Origin: a virus
IMG/VR virus record: IMGVR_UViG_3300021335_000003
Direction: 5' to 3' (one strand)
DNA: 64,000 nucleotides
Within the stretch, counting starts at the first letter, position 1; every line of letters starts with the position of its first letter. Shown in pieces: positions 17,059 through 26,111 of this stretch. The position numbers and the translations under genes were made by a program. The notes under the pieces are model-generated. The model did no database searches. It saw only the letters and a program-made list of their open reading frames with translations, and was not told the DNA's origin.

Positions 17059-18816
17059 TTATATAGTTTGTGCTGTTTCGTCGCCGCCGCCTAGATCAGC
17101 GCCTAAGTCTGTCTCTGTGTTTGTGTCCACACCTTCGCCTGTGCCGCCGTCGATGCCACCTGCATCTCCGCCTAGGTCAGTTTCAATACCGCCTAAGTCT
17201 CCTGCAAGGTCAGCACCGCTTAGTCCTGCGCCACGCATTTCGCCTGCCATATCGTCATCGACTAGATCAACTAGATTCTCATCATTTTCTTCTTGCCATA
17301 GACGTTCATTCTCAGCAATCTCTTCGTCACTAAGTCCTAAGAAACGTTTTAGTGCAAATCTATTTGAGATATATGGTATAGCTGCCATGCCTGTAAATGT
17401 GCTGATTCTGTTGTTATCAAGTTCTGCTTGTCTGTATGCTGCAAAGTTTTGTGGAGGTGTTAGTCTCAAGTCAAACATACTAAAATCTACGTTTGCACCT
17501 TTGCTTTGCAAGAACAATTTGAATTCTTTGTTGAATTCTTCTTCAACCATGCTTTGCAGACGTTCGCAATATTTGTTAAAGCGTAATTCTTGAATATATG
17601 CTGTGCCTACTCGTCCATCATTATACTGCGATGCGCCATCATCAGCGCCTGTGGGTAGATAACTAGAAGGTATGCGTAAGCCACGTACCAATTTATTAGT
17701 AAAGTATCTAAGGTCATCAATCTCTCCTAGGTTAGTACCGCCCGGTAGAGTTTCAACTTTTGATCCACGTCCTTCAGCAGTTTGTGGAAAGAAGTAGTCT
17801 TCGTTGATTGACAGTGGATTATATGAACTGTCTATGACATTTGTGCCACCACCTGTCTTGGATGGGATTCGTCTTTGGTGTATTTCCGTTTTGACTCTCT
17901 CCACAAACTGCATCGCAAGGTGTGAAGGCATGTTACCCACATCAACGTAGAATACTCTGCGCTCTGGCGCACGTTGGACACGATAGATGATAATCGCATC
18001 CTCAAGCAATTCCTTTTGCTTATAAACTTTAAAAATACTTTCGAGCAAACTGTTACCAAATGGATAGTTTTGATCAAGTCCTTCACTCATTGACAAATGC
18101 AATACGTGATTAGCATCTACATAAGTTTCGTCGTGTTCTTGTGCAAATCTACTGGTATTACCACTTGGTGTATGATTACCGCCTGTCATACCCTGTTGTT
18201 TGACTTGTTGATAACCGTTTGTACCACCTGGACCATAACTATTTTGTGTGTTAAGCGGTGTTGCTTCTAATGCTTCAAATGCAAAGTTTAGATTTTTTAC
18301 AACATACTGCTCGGGCTTTTTGCCTTCGCTTTCATTTACAATAATTTTTGTAACTTGACTAGGATCAACATGGAACAATTTTTGTGTTTCAGGATCTCTA
18401 ATAAAGAACTGATCGCCATATTTAAACGCATTACGAATAGTTCTAAACATACGTGTTTCAAACTTGTTTAGTTTGCACCACTGCTGCAAATACTGCCCAA
18501 TAACTTGTATTTCACTGTTAGTTGGACTACCTTTAAAGTCTATGTTGAAGTGTGTATCGTTTTGTTTATTCTTTTGTGTGCAGAATTCTGCAAGGATGTC
18601 TAGTGCAGCATTCACTTCTGAATCACTGTCCATTGTGTTGTATTGATTGTAACGTTCGATACGATTAGGTGATCCAACATATACGTCTGGAAGGTGTGAG
18701 GAATAGTTTGCAGCAGCAGGGCCTACACCGTTGTTGCCTTTCAAACTAAATGGTGAATATCCACCATTTCTATTGTCCGCAGTTGGAACGGGAGTAAAAT
18801 ATTTCTTCCAACTCAT
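17059..18816 (-). CDS. gp20: Portal protein (gp20)
   Basis: LEDAIIIYRVQRAPERRVFYVDVGNMP, EDYFFP...GRGSKVETLPGG.NLGEIDD..YF. Confidence 0.97.
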   Translation of the reverse strand: MSWKKYFTPVPTADNRNGGYSPFSLKGNNGVGPAAANYSSHLPDVYVGSPNRIERYNQYNTMDSDSEVNAALDILAEFCTQKNKQNDTHFNIDFKGSPTNSEIQVIGQYLQQWCKLNKFETRMFRTIRNAFKYGDQFFIRDPETQKLFHVDPSQVTKIIVNESEGKKPEQYVVKNLNFAFEALEATPLNTQNSYGPGGTNGYQQVKQQGMTGGNHTPSGNTSRFAQEHDETYVDANHVLHLSMSEGLDQNYPFGNSLLESIFKVYKQKELLEDAIIIYRVQRAPERRVFYVDVGNMPSHLAMQFVERVKTEIHQRRIPSKTGGGTNVIDSSYNPLSINEDYFFPQTAEGRGSKVETLPGGTNLGEIDDLRYFTNKLVRGLRIPSSYLPTGADDGASQYNDGRVGTAYIQELRFNKYCERLQSMVEEEFNKEFKLFLQSKGANVDFSMFDLRLTPPQNFAAYRQAELDNNRISTFTGMAAIPYISNRFALKRFLGLSDEEIAENERLWQEENDENLVDLVDDDMAGEMRGAGLSGADLAGDLGGIETDLGGDAGGIDGGTGEGVDTNTETDLGADLGGGDETAQTI

Positions 18817-20934
18817 TTATACACCTCTCAACATATTACCAGTTAGTCCTTTTGTTGCCTTCAACTGTCTGCTTTGTGTTCCTACAGCCATATTTTCAAC
18901 TTGTATTAGTTGTCCTAAAAGACCAATCATAGTATCTAATTTTTTATTACTTTCTATAGCACCCAAGCTAGGTTCATTATTAGTACTTATGCTATTTTCC
19001 ATTGCAGATTGCACTTCTTGAACATTCATATCCAATCCTCTAATGCTTTTCATTAATGTCTGCATAACACCCATACTGGTTCTAGCACTCATTACATTGG
19101 CAGGACCAGAAACAAATTCAGGACCAGCTTCACCTACAATGCCAAACCCGCCTTTAGGAATATTGCCGCCATCGGCATATGTTTTGCCACCTAAATTAGC
19201 AATACCAGCAGCTTTCATACTAACTGCGGCTTGTTCTCTTGCTGCTGCTTCAGCTGCTACCTTTGCAGCTTCAGCTGCTGCTCTAGCTTCTCTAATTTCA
19301 GGTATCATACCTGCTTCTACTGCTTCTTGTAATGTAGCAGTTGCACTAGCTAATTCGGCTTGAGCATTTAGTACTTTTTCATTTGCTGCTTCAACTTTTT
19401 CTTGTGTTTCTTTTGCTGCTGTTTTAGTTGCTTCAGTTGTTTTTTCTGCACCTTCGACATTTGAATTTACAACATTAGCGCCAGCTGTTTCAATTGCAGC
19501 AGTTTGAGTATCTGTTTTGTTCAACATATCACTGCGATAACCATCTGCTGCATTTCTTGCATCAGTAAGCTGTGCAATGTCAAACAAACTATCAACACCT
19601 TTGTTTATACCAGCAATAATATCTTCTTTACTAGGTAATGCTGCTTGGAATGCTTCTAATCCTGCAATAGCAACACCTTCAATTTTTTCAATTGAATTAG
19701 ACATAACAGCACTTGACACCACCCTCAAGTTTTCTTGTATTTCCATAGTCTTGTCGAATATGCCAGTAGTTTGTTCCATTTGTCTTAGTTGCTCATTAGC
19801 AATAGATGTTCTAATTTCACGTTCTGCGTCAGCAGAAGTCATTGTATCATCTTTACTTGAATCTACTGCATTTTTAAAATCAAATGCTGCTTGGCTAGCT
19901 TTTGCAAAACCATCTGATACACCAGTAACACTGCCTAATATAGCTGTGTTTCTAAATTCTTCTGTGTCTTGATAATCAAGTGCAGCACCTCTAGCGTCTA
20001 TCATAGACTGAGTAAATGCTCCAATGTCACCACTGTTGAATTGTTCTGCTGCTGCATATAATTGATCTGCACCATCGCCCATTGCAAGCATTGCGTTTCG
20101 AGCACCTTCAGTTGTAGGCGCCCCTCTTAGAGCAATATCAACAAACGCATCAGCCGCATCTTGACCCATTGTTGCTTGCATTGTTGTTAATTGATCCATA
20201 AATGCTTTTTGTTCTTCTGCACTCTTGCCCATTAGGAACGCATTTACATCACCTTGACGCCTACGTGCTCGCATTTCGTCAGCAAGCTCTTTTCTATTCT
20301 TACCTGTAAGTTTTGCAAGACCATCTAACTGTACCATTAATTCTTTAGCTGATGCAGCTTGTTCTTGAACACTCATTCTTTCAGTGTTAGCATTACCTCT
20401 TGTTATTTCACCAAATAACGAAAGTCCTTCTGAAATATCTTTGGTAGTAAAACCTAATCTACGTAGTTCCATGCCTAATTCTTTTGAATCAAGAATAGTT
20501 GTGTTCAATGCTTTAAATCTTGCAATTGCTTGGTCAGTAGTACCACCAAATGCTCTTAATGCTTGGGTATTATTCTGTAAGAAACTGGTCATGTCTTCTA
20601 CAGTCATGCCCATTTCTGCTGCTGCTACTTTTACATCTGCAATTTCTTTGTTAAATGTAGCACCAACTGTTGTAAGTGCTTGATATTCAGCTAAACTTGA
20701 TTCAGCAAACTTGGTTAAACCATCTACAACTTGACCAACTGCGCCGCCAACGGCGCCAAATGCTTTGGTGTTTTTTTCTAAAGCACCACTGTAGGCACTA
20801 AGTTGTTGCTGCCCTGTGAGAAGCGCACCGCCTAAACCAATAGCAGTATTAGCAGTTCCTGAGAGAGATTTTTTAAGGAAATCTAAGCTGTTTCCAAATA
20901 AACCTGCTGCTGCGCTTTCTTCAGCCAAATCCAA
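18817..20934 (-). CDS. Tape-measure-like protein
   Basis: 705 aa, Ala-rich helical; C-terminal YADGG.I..G.FGIVGEAGPEFV motif typical of tape measure proteins; TTG start (20934 or 20928). Confidence 0.7.
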   Translation of the reverse strand: MDLAEESAAAGLFGNSLDFLKKSLSGTANTAIGLGGALLTGQQQLSAYSGALEKNTKAFGAVGGAVGQVVDGLTKFAESSLAEYQALTTVGATFNKEIADVKVAAAEMGMTVEDMTSFLQNNTQALRAFGGTTDQAIARFKALNTTILDSKELGMELRRLGFTTKDISEGLSLFGEITRGNANTERMSVQEQAASAKELMVQLDGLAKLTGKNRKELADEMRARRRQGDVNAFLMGKSAEEQKAFMDQLTTMQATMGQDAADAFVDIALRGAPTTEGARNAMLAMGDGADQLYAAAEQFNSGDIGAFTQSMIDARGAALDYQDTEEFRNTAILGSVTGVSDGFAKASQAAFDFKNAVDSSKDDTMTSADAEREIRTSIANEQLRQMEQTTGIFDKTMEIQENLRVVSSAVMSNSIEKIEGVAIAGLEAFQAALPSKEDIIAGINKGVDSLFDIAQLTDARNAADGYRSDMLNKTDTQTAAIETAGANVVNSNVEGAEKTTEATKTAAKETQEKVEAANEKVLNAQAELASATATLQEAVEAGMIPEIREARAAAEAAKVAAEAAAREQAAVSMKAAGIANLGGKTYADGGNIPKGGFGIVGEAGPEFVSGPANVMSARTSMGVMQTLMKSIRGLDMNVQEVQSAMENSISTNNEPSLGAIESNKKLDTMIGLLGQLIQVENMAVGTQSRQLKATKGLTGNMLRGV

Positions 20935-20956
20935 ATACTCCTAGTTTATGATACAA

Positions 20957-20976
20957 TAAATATACTATAGTATTTA
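20957..20976. promoter_or_regulatory. Face-to-face late promoter boxes
   Basis: TAAATA (+, 20957-20962) and TAAATA (-, 20971-20976), 8 bp apart, between divergent genes. Confidence 0.6.
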
Positions 20977-20992
20977 CCTAATAGGAAAACAC

Positions 20993-21826
20993 ATGGAAAA
21001 CTCTCAAAGTCCATTAAGACAATTTCAAAGACAACCAAAACTTTATATTGATTTACCAAGTCAAGGAAAATGGTATAATGAAAACATTGTTGCTGATGGA
21101 ACTTCAACTTCATTAGCAGTTTTTAGTATGACTGCAAACGACGAAATTGGATTTAAAACACCAGATGCAATGGTTAATGGTGAAGCAACAGTAAGAAATG
21201 TAAAAAGTTGCATTCCTGCAATATTAGATCCTTGGAGTATTAGAACTGTTGATACAGACACTATTTTGCTTGCAATACGTATTGCCTCATATGGACAAAT
21301 GATGTCAGTAAGTAGTCCTTGTAAAAAATGTTCAGAAGATAATGCGTACGATGTTGATTTACAAAATTATCTTGATTATTTTGCAATGAAAACTTATAGT
21401 GATACAGTTGTATATGAAAACTTTACTGTAAAATTGCATCCTTTGACATATAGACAATGGAATGAAATACAGAAAAAACAAACAGGTTTCCAACGGGCGT
21501 TGAACTTTCAAGTGCCACAAATAAAAGACGAAGACCAAAAAGAAGAAGCAATACAAAATATCATTGATCAAATTAATGAACTTACTGTATTGAGTATTTT
21601 AGATCAAGTTGCAAGTATTGAAGTTGATGGTCAAATAGAAACTGACAAACAAGAAATTGTCAATTTTTTAAACAACCAAGACGTAAAATTCTTTCATGCT
21701 ATTAAAGCACAAATTGAACAAAATATCAAAGAATGGGAAATACCCACAGAAGATATCAAGTGTGAAAAGTGCGGTTATGAAGATCAAATAAAAGTTTCGT
21801 TGGATCAATCAAATTTTTTCGCATAA
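20993..21826 (+). CDS. Baseplate hub assembly / tail chaperone protein (gp26-like)
   Basis: RQPKLYI.LPS.G..Y, MTA.DE, D.IL.AIRIASYG, two CxxC pairs (CKKC, CEKC), ends NFF. Confidence 0.75.
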   Translation: MENSQSPLRQFQRQPKLYIDLPSQGKWYNENIVADGTSTSLAVFSMTANDEIGFKTPDAMVNGEATVRNVKSCIPAILDPWSIRTVDTDTILLAIRIASYGQMMSVSSPCKKCSEDNAYDVDLQNYLDYFAMKTYSDTVVYENFTVKLHPLTYRQWNEIQKKQTGFQRALNFQVPQIKDEDQKEEAIQNIIDQINELTVLSILDQVASIEVDGQIETDKQEIVNFLNNQDVKFFHAIKAQIEQNIKEWEIPTEDIKCEKCGYEDQIKVSLDQSNFFA

Positions 21827-21873
21827 GGCTATCGAAACTAGACGACACCCAAATATTATCGTTAGCCAAAGAT

Positions 21874-22053
21874 ATGGAAAATGAAATTAAACAAATCAAA
21901 GAAGGGTGTTATAGACTTGCATGGTATATGCGAGGTGGCATAACTGTTGATAAATTGATGTATGATACAGATTTAGAAGATCAAGAAGTTATGACACGTA
22001 TTGTAAAAGAAAACATAGAAAACACTAAAAACACTAAAATGCCGTTGCTATGA
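21874..22053 (+). CDS. gp51-like small hub-assembly protein (59 aa; possibly made as a -1 frameshift extension of the upstream gene)
   Basis: MENEIKQIKEGCYRLAWYMRGGITVDKLMYDTDLEDQEVMTRIVKENIENTKNTKMPLL; below the ORF-track cutoff; frame open back to the slippery site at 21814. Confidence 0.7.
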   Translation: MENEIKQIKEGCYRLAWYMRGGITVDKLMYDTDLEDQEVMTRIVKENIENTKNTKMPLL

Positions 22054-23580
22054 TTAGACTGTTGCAGGTTGCGGTTGAGCTGCTGCATTGTCACTGTCCA
22101 TTTTATTAGATATAGCAGTGTCAGCAGCATCTTGAGAGGTGTCTTTTTGTTCTAGCGTCATTATTGAATTTAACAAATCCTCACGTTTTTGTTGTGGCAT
22201 GTAAGGAACAAATTTTGTTTTATCACCTTTAGGAAATAGCAGAGCTCCAAAAACTTTTTTAGCCCACTCGCTTTCAGAAAAATATTCGCCATCAGGTCCT
22301 TTATTAATCGTTTGTTCAATGGTTAATTTATCTGCTAAGAAACCTGTGCCAAATGCTCCAGCAAGTGATTCGTCTGCTGCTTTTAACAAAAAGTCAAAAC
22401 CTTGACCTAAATATCCAAAATAATCGCCCAACCAAGAGTTTTGAAGTATTTGTGCTACTAATCTTTGTACTGGAGGAAGTGAAACAACTATATAGAATAA
22501 AACATCCAATCCTTGTCCTGCAATTATGCCAAGTATTCTACCTGCTCGGTTACCAGCAAGTGCTCCTTTGGCTCCTCCTGCTATAGTGCCTACAGGTCCT
22601 ACTCCAGTGCCTACCACAGCACCACCGACTGCACCTACTCCTGTTCCAATTGTTGCTAATCCTATTTTTATTGCAGCTCTAACCCAACTAGTAAGTATTT
22701 TAATTGATTTAATATCTTTTAAAAGAGTTACTGCAAATATACCAAATTGAATAACAGCTTGACCTTGCAAAATACTATACTCTTCAGCTAATTTGCCATC
22801 TGGATCGCCTGTTTCAATTATTTCAGCTTCTACCTGTGCTAAGGCAAAACTAATACCATAAAACAACATCAACGCTGCAAGAGCTTTTCCAACTACTGCT
22901 CCTGCCTTTCCTGAGAAAGCTGCAAAATTAGAAGATTGTACCCATCTTCCTATTTTGGTATTCCCTAGTTGTTGTCCTGGTGCAATTCCTTTTTTAAATT
23001 CATCTAATGTCATAGATGTAATTTTGCGACTAATAGGATTGTTTCTAATTTTTCCTTCGATGCTTTTTGCGTCTATACCTGCATTTTTTAAAAATTTAGC
23101 TTGCTTTTTCTTAAGTGCATTTGTAATGTCTTTGGGCTTTTTTCCTTCAGCTTCAAGTTGCTCAATGTACTTTTGTAATCTAGCAGCGTCATCTCCGTCA
23201 TTTAAAGTTACAATGCTTTTTCCATCAGGCATAACGACCTTCCAACGATTGGTATCAGTTTGGAACATGCCAGGTGCTAACTTAACATTTGGAGGCACTG
23301 CTTTTGCAGTAGGAGCAGGAGTTTTTGTTCTAGGAGAACTATTTCTTCCACTGCTAGATTTAGTAGTGGTCTTGGTATCTTTAGGTTTAGGAGGAGTTGG
23401 ATTCCTCAACTGGTCTGCTTTGATATTTGCTTGATTTTTTGTTTTATGACTTGAAATCAAAACATTTGGAGTCACAGTAGTATTATACACCCCCCATGTT
23501 CTTCCATTAGGATTTTTACGTATTTCAAATTTATCTTCTAAAAGAATTTGTGATTCAAAGATTAGTTCAGACAGTTTCAT
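22054..23580 (-). CDS. Hypothetical protein with hydrophobic and glycine-zipper segments; candidate internal/ejection protein
   Basis: 508 aa; MKLSELIFESQILLE start, basic N-half, GxxxG-rich C-half; TATAAATA box 5 nt before the ATG. Confidence 0.6.
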   Translation of the reverse strand: MKLSELIFESQILLEDKFEIRKNPNGRTWGVYNTTVTPNVLISSHKTKNQANIKADQLRNPTPPKPKDTKTTTKSSSGRNSSPRTKTPAPTAKAVPPNVKLAPGMFQTDTNRWKVVMPDGKSIVTLNDGDDAARLQKYIEQLEAEGKKPKDITNALKKKQAKFLKNAGIDAKSIEGKIRNNPISRKITSMTLDEFKKGIAPGQQLGNTKIGRWVQSSNFAAFSGKAGAVVGKALAALMLFYGISFALAQVEAEIIETGDPDGKLAEEYSILQGQAVIQFGIFAVTLLKDIKSIKILTSWVRAAIKIGLATIGTGVGAVGGAVVGTGVGPVGTIAGGAKGALAGNRAGRILGIIAGQGLDVLFYIVVSLPPVQRLVAQILQNSWLGDYFGYLGQGFDFLLKAADESLAGAFGTGFLADKLTIEQTINKGPDGEYFSESEWAKKVFGALLFPKGDKTKFVPYMPQQKREDLLNSIMTLEQKDTSQDAADTAISNKMDSDNAAAQPQPATV

Positions 23581-23600
23581 ATTACTATTTATATGTTATT

Positions 23601-23677
23601 AGTTGAACTACGTTCAACTGTGTTATCGCTATCGCTCAACACGATGTTTTTTAAGGCATATGCAAAGCATATGCTTT
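23601..23677. repeat. Cluster of three short inverted repeats
   Basis: AGTTGAAC-TAC-GTTCAACT; GTGTT-N13-AACAC enclosing (ATCGCT)x2; GCATATGC-AAA-GCATATGC. Confidence 0.8.
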
Positions 23678-23681
23678 TAGT

Positions 23682-24005
23682 ATCATTCAGATTGTGAAGT
23701 CATAATTCGCCCGTTGCCGGGCGAAGGTAGCTTTTGAGCTTCATTCGAGTCGCTTCAGCCATCTTGTTAAAAGAGATTCAACTTATGTTGTCGGAGGCGG
23801 TTGACCTGTATCCCCCTACTCTAGCTTCGTCATATCAACGGAAGGCAGTTATTCCCTAACAAGCGAAAACACTTACCACGTGGTTGCTTTTTCTCAGAGC
23901 CACTATCTTTTAAAGCCTATCGTATACTTCTTCACGTGAGCATTCCACACCACCGGCCACGAGCATTACCTCGGCTGGATCTTGGAGTTTAATTAGAGCT
24001 CAATA
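23682..24005 (-). ncRNA. Candidate large structured ncRNA of about 320 nt directly downstream of the GIY-YIG gene
   Basis: No ORF of 60 aa or more; GC-richer than flanks; UUCGCCCG-GCAA-CGGGCGAA hairpin, several G-U-containing helices and a probable pseudoknot on the minus strand. Confidence 0.6.
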
Positions 24006-24011
24006 TATAGC

Positions 24012-24437
24012 CTATTTGTGTTCTAGTAGTGCCTGGCGTAATTTATTTGAACCACCAACTCTTACATTGATTATGCCATTGTAGTATTCGTCTGTTTCTA
24101 ATACTCGCCTGTCAAACTGTTCTCGTGCTTCAATGTAACTCATTTCTGCTCTGCTTTTGCAGAAGTAAAGTATTTCACGAGTAAAGTTTTTTTCGCCTAG
24201 TGTTTTTACATCTTCGTTCAGTCTATCTGAACTTCCCCAGTATTCACGCCAATCGCTTTCTTTGTAGCCTCGACGCTTGTTCTTTTTGCCTTTTAATGGT
24301 GGCTTGGTTGTTTTAAATTTTGCTAACTTCTTGCCTACGTATTTTTGTTTTGTCTTTTTGTTTGTAATTAGATATACAAACCCTTCGTATTCGTCAGGTA
24401 TTGATTCTACAGTTTTGCCTTTGTATGTCCAACTCAT
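24012..24437 (-). CDS. Small stand-alone GIY-YIG-family nuclease-like protein
   Basis: GFVYLITN....KYVGKK, YWGSS, F.REIL, E...Q, YYN motifs; no C-terminal DNA-binding domain. Confidence 0.8.
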   Translation of the reverse strand: MSWTYKGKTVESIPDEYEGFVYLITNKKTKQKYVGKKLAKFKTTKPPLKGKKNKRRGYKESDWREYWGSSDRLNEDVKTLGEKNFTREILYFCKSRAEMSYIEAREQFDRRVLETDEYYNGIINVRVGGSNKLRQALLEHK

Positions 24438-24455
24438 AATATGTTTAGCGTTGGA

Positions 24456-26111
24456 TTAAATTTGTGATTCCGTTTTTGGTTTGCCTACGTGTGATTGCCA
24501 ACCCTCACGACTAAACATTTTACTGAAATAGTCCAAGGGCCATTTGTTTAAGCCTTTGTCGTGTTCTTGTACATTGTTATACATTTGCATAAACTTGTCA
24601 ATCGATTTTTTATTTTTATTTGCTTGATTTTCGTGTGTTGATTTTTCATTACGCATTCTTGTAATGTACTCTTGTTGTTGTTCAGCTGTTGATTTTACAG
24701 GCCAACTTGCTAGGTCTTCTTTAGTCATCCAGTTGTTTGCAATATCAATCCAATTTACATCTGGAAATGCTGTGCGGTATCCTATGACACCATCCATACA
24801 GTTTGCCTTGTCATAATATTTTTGTTTTACAAGTTCTTTGTGATTTAGTTCTTCGCCAATGCGTCTCATGTCATTCCAAAAATGATTGTCGCCTTTGGGT
24901 GATAATGTGTAATGCACAGCAAGATAATCTGCTATGTCTTGGAAATAGTGATCCATTTTTTCATTGTAATAGTTTTTATCATAGTCACGTTGCAACATCC
25001 ATGCAATGTTTTTGATGCTTGCAATGATACTGACTACTGCGTTTGCTTCTAGTGGATCAACAAAACTTGCTGCCATACCAATAGCAAAACAGTTTCCAAC
25101 ATTTGGTTTTGCCAATCTACCTGGCTTCCATTTTAACTGTTTAGGCGGACGTAGATTCCTGCCTTCTACTTGTTCCAACAACCAATCTCTTGCTTCGTCG
25201 TCACTGAAGTATTCATCACTGTAAATAATACCTGTGCCTATTCTAGCATCTAAACAGATTTGGAACTGCCAGCCCATGTCTTGTCTAATACTTCTTGTGT
25301 AATTTACATATTCAGCATCTTTGTCTTTGTAACTAATAGGACATACCCAAGCACTGTTCATTTTGTTAGCAGGTGTTTGGATAAACTCATCTGTTAGTTT
25401 GCCAATCAACAACCTACCTAAACCTGTGCAGTCCATCCACAAGTCGCTGGTAACTTCTGTTCCATCTTCTAGTACAATACTGCTGATGCCGTTGTCATCT
25501 GTATTCACAGTTTCGATATGCGCAATAGTTTCCACTACGCCATATTCTTTACAAACATTTTCAATCAGCCAAGGCGCACATTTTTCTGCATCAATATGAT
25601 AAGCATAGGTTGCTGTTGCACTGATCAAATAGTTTCCGTTGTCGTCAAACGGCATCTTTCTATCTTTGAGATAATGATAACCTTCACCGTTGTGATGATA
25701 AACATCCAAGTCTGGTGCTGCGCCACTGCGATACACATCCAACCAAACATCGCTTGTTCTCAAGTCATCTGGTCCAACACTGCAAACATTTTTCCAAGTT
25801 GTTTCTTTGTTGTGCCAGTTGCTCCAATGGAACATTCTAATTACATCAGGCTCGCCTTCAGCTGTGTCAGTCCAGTTTTCCATACGATTAGCATATTTAA
25901 AAACTGCATTTGTTTCTCGCATAAAACGTTTTTCATCTACGCCTAATGCACCAAGCACACCCGGCAAGTGTGGTGTAATACTTTCACCTACACCAATTGT
26001 AGGAACCTTGTTGCTATGAATCATTTCAACTGTAGAGTTTGGAAGTTCTTTTTTTAAAAATGCACTTGTGAGTGCTCCTGCAAATCCACCACCTACAACT
26101 GTAATCTTCAT
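24456..26111 (-). CDS. Flavin-dependent (tryptophan) halogenase family protein
   Basis: VVGGGFAG, IGVGES, FK (catalytic Lys position), AYHIDA, DCTG, FVDPLEA, HY. Confidence 0.85.
   Translation of the reverse strand: MKITVVGGGFAGALTSAFLKKELPNSTVEMIHSNKVPTIGVGESITPHLPGVLGALGVDEKRFMRETNAVFKYANRMENWTDTAEGEPDVIRMFHWSNWHNKETTWKNVCSVGPDDLRTSDVWLDVYRSGAAPDLDVYHHNGEGYHYLKDRKMPFDDNGNYLISATATYAYHIDAEKCAPWLIENVCKEYGVVETIAHIETVNTDDNGISSIVLEDGTEVTSDLWMDCTGLGRLLIGKLTDEFIQTPANKMNSAWVCPISYKDKDAEYVNYTRSIRQDMGWQFQICLDARIGTGIIYSDEYFSDDEARDWLLEQVEGRNLRPPKQLKWKPGRLAKPNVGNCFAIGMAASFVDPLEANAVVSIIASIKNIAWMLQRDYDKNYYNEKMDHYFQDIADYLAVHYTLSPKGDNHFWNDMRRIGEELNHKELVKQKYYDKANCMDGVIGYRTAFPDVNWIDIANNWMTKEDLASWPVKSTAEQQQEYITRMRNEKSTHENQANKNKKSIDKFMQMYNNVQEHDKGLNKWPLDYFSKMFSREGWQSHVGKPKTESQI

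Noticed and set aside
23601-24005. Retron msr/msd or DGR element
   Set aside because: No reverse transcriptase in the window, no flanking a1/a2 inverted repeat and no TR/VR pair seen
23682-24437. Group I intron carrying a GIY-YIG homing endonuclease
   Set aside because: No recognisable P7 (R/S) core sequences, and the flanking genes look intact and unrelated rather than being two exons
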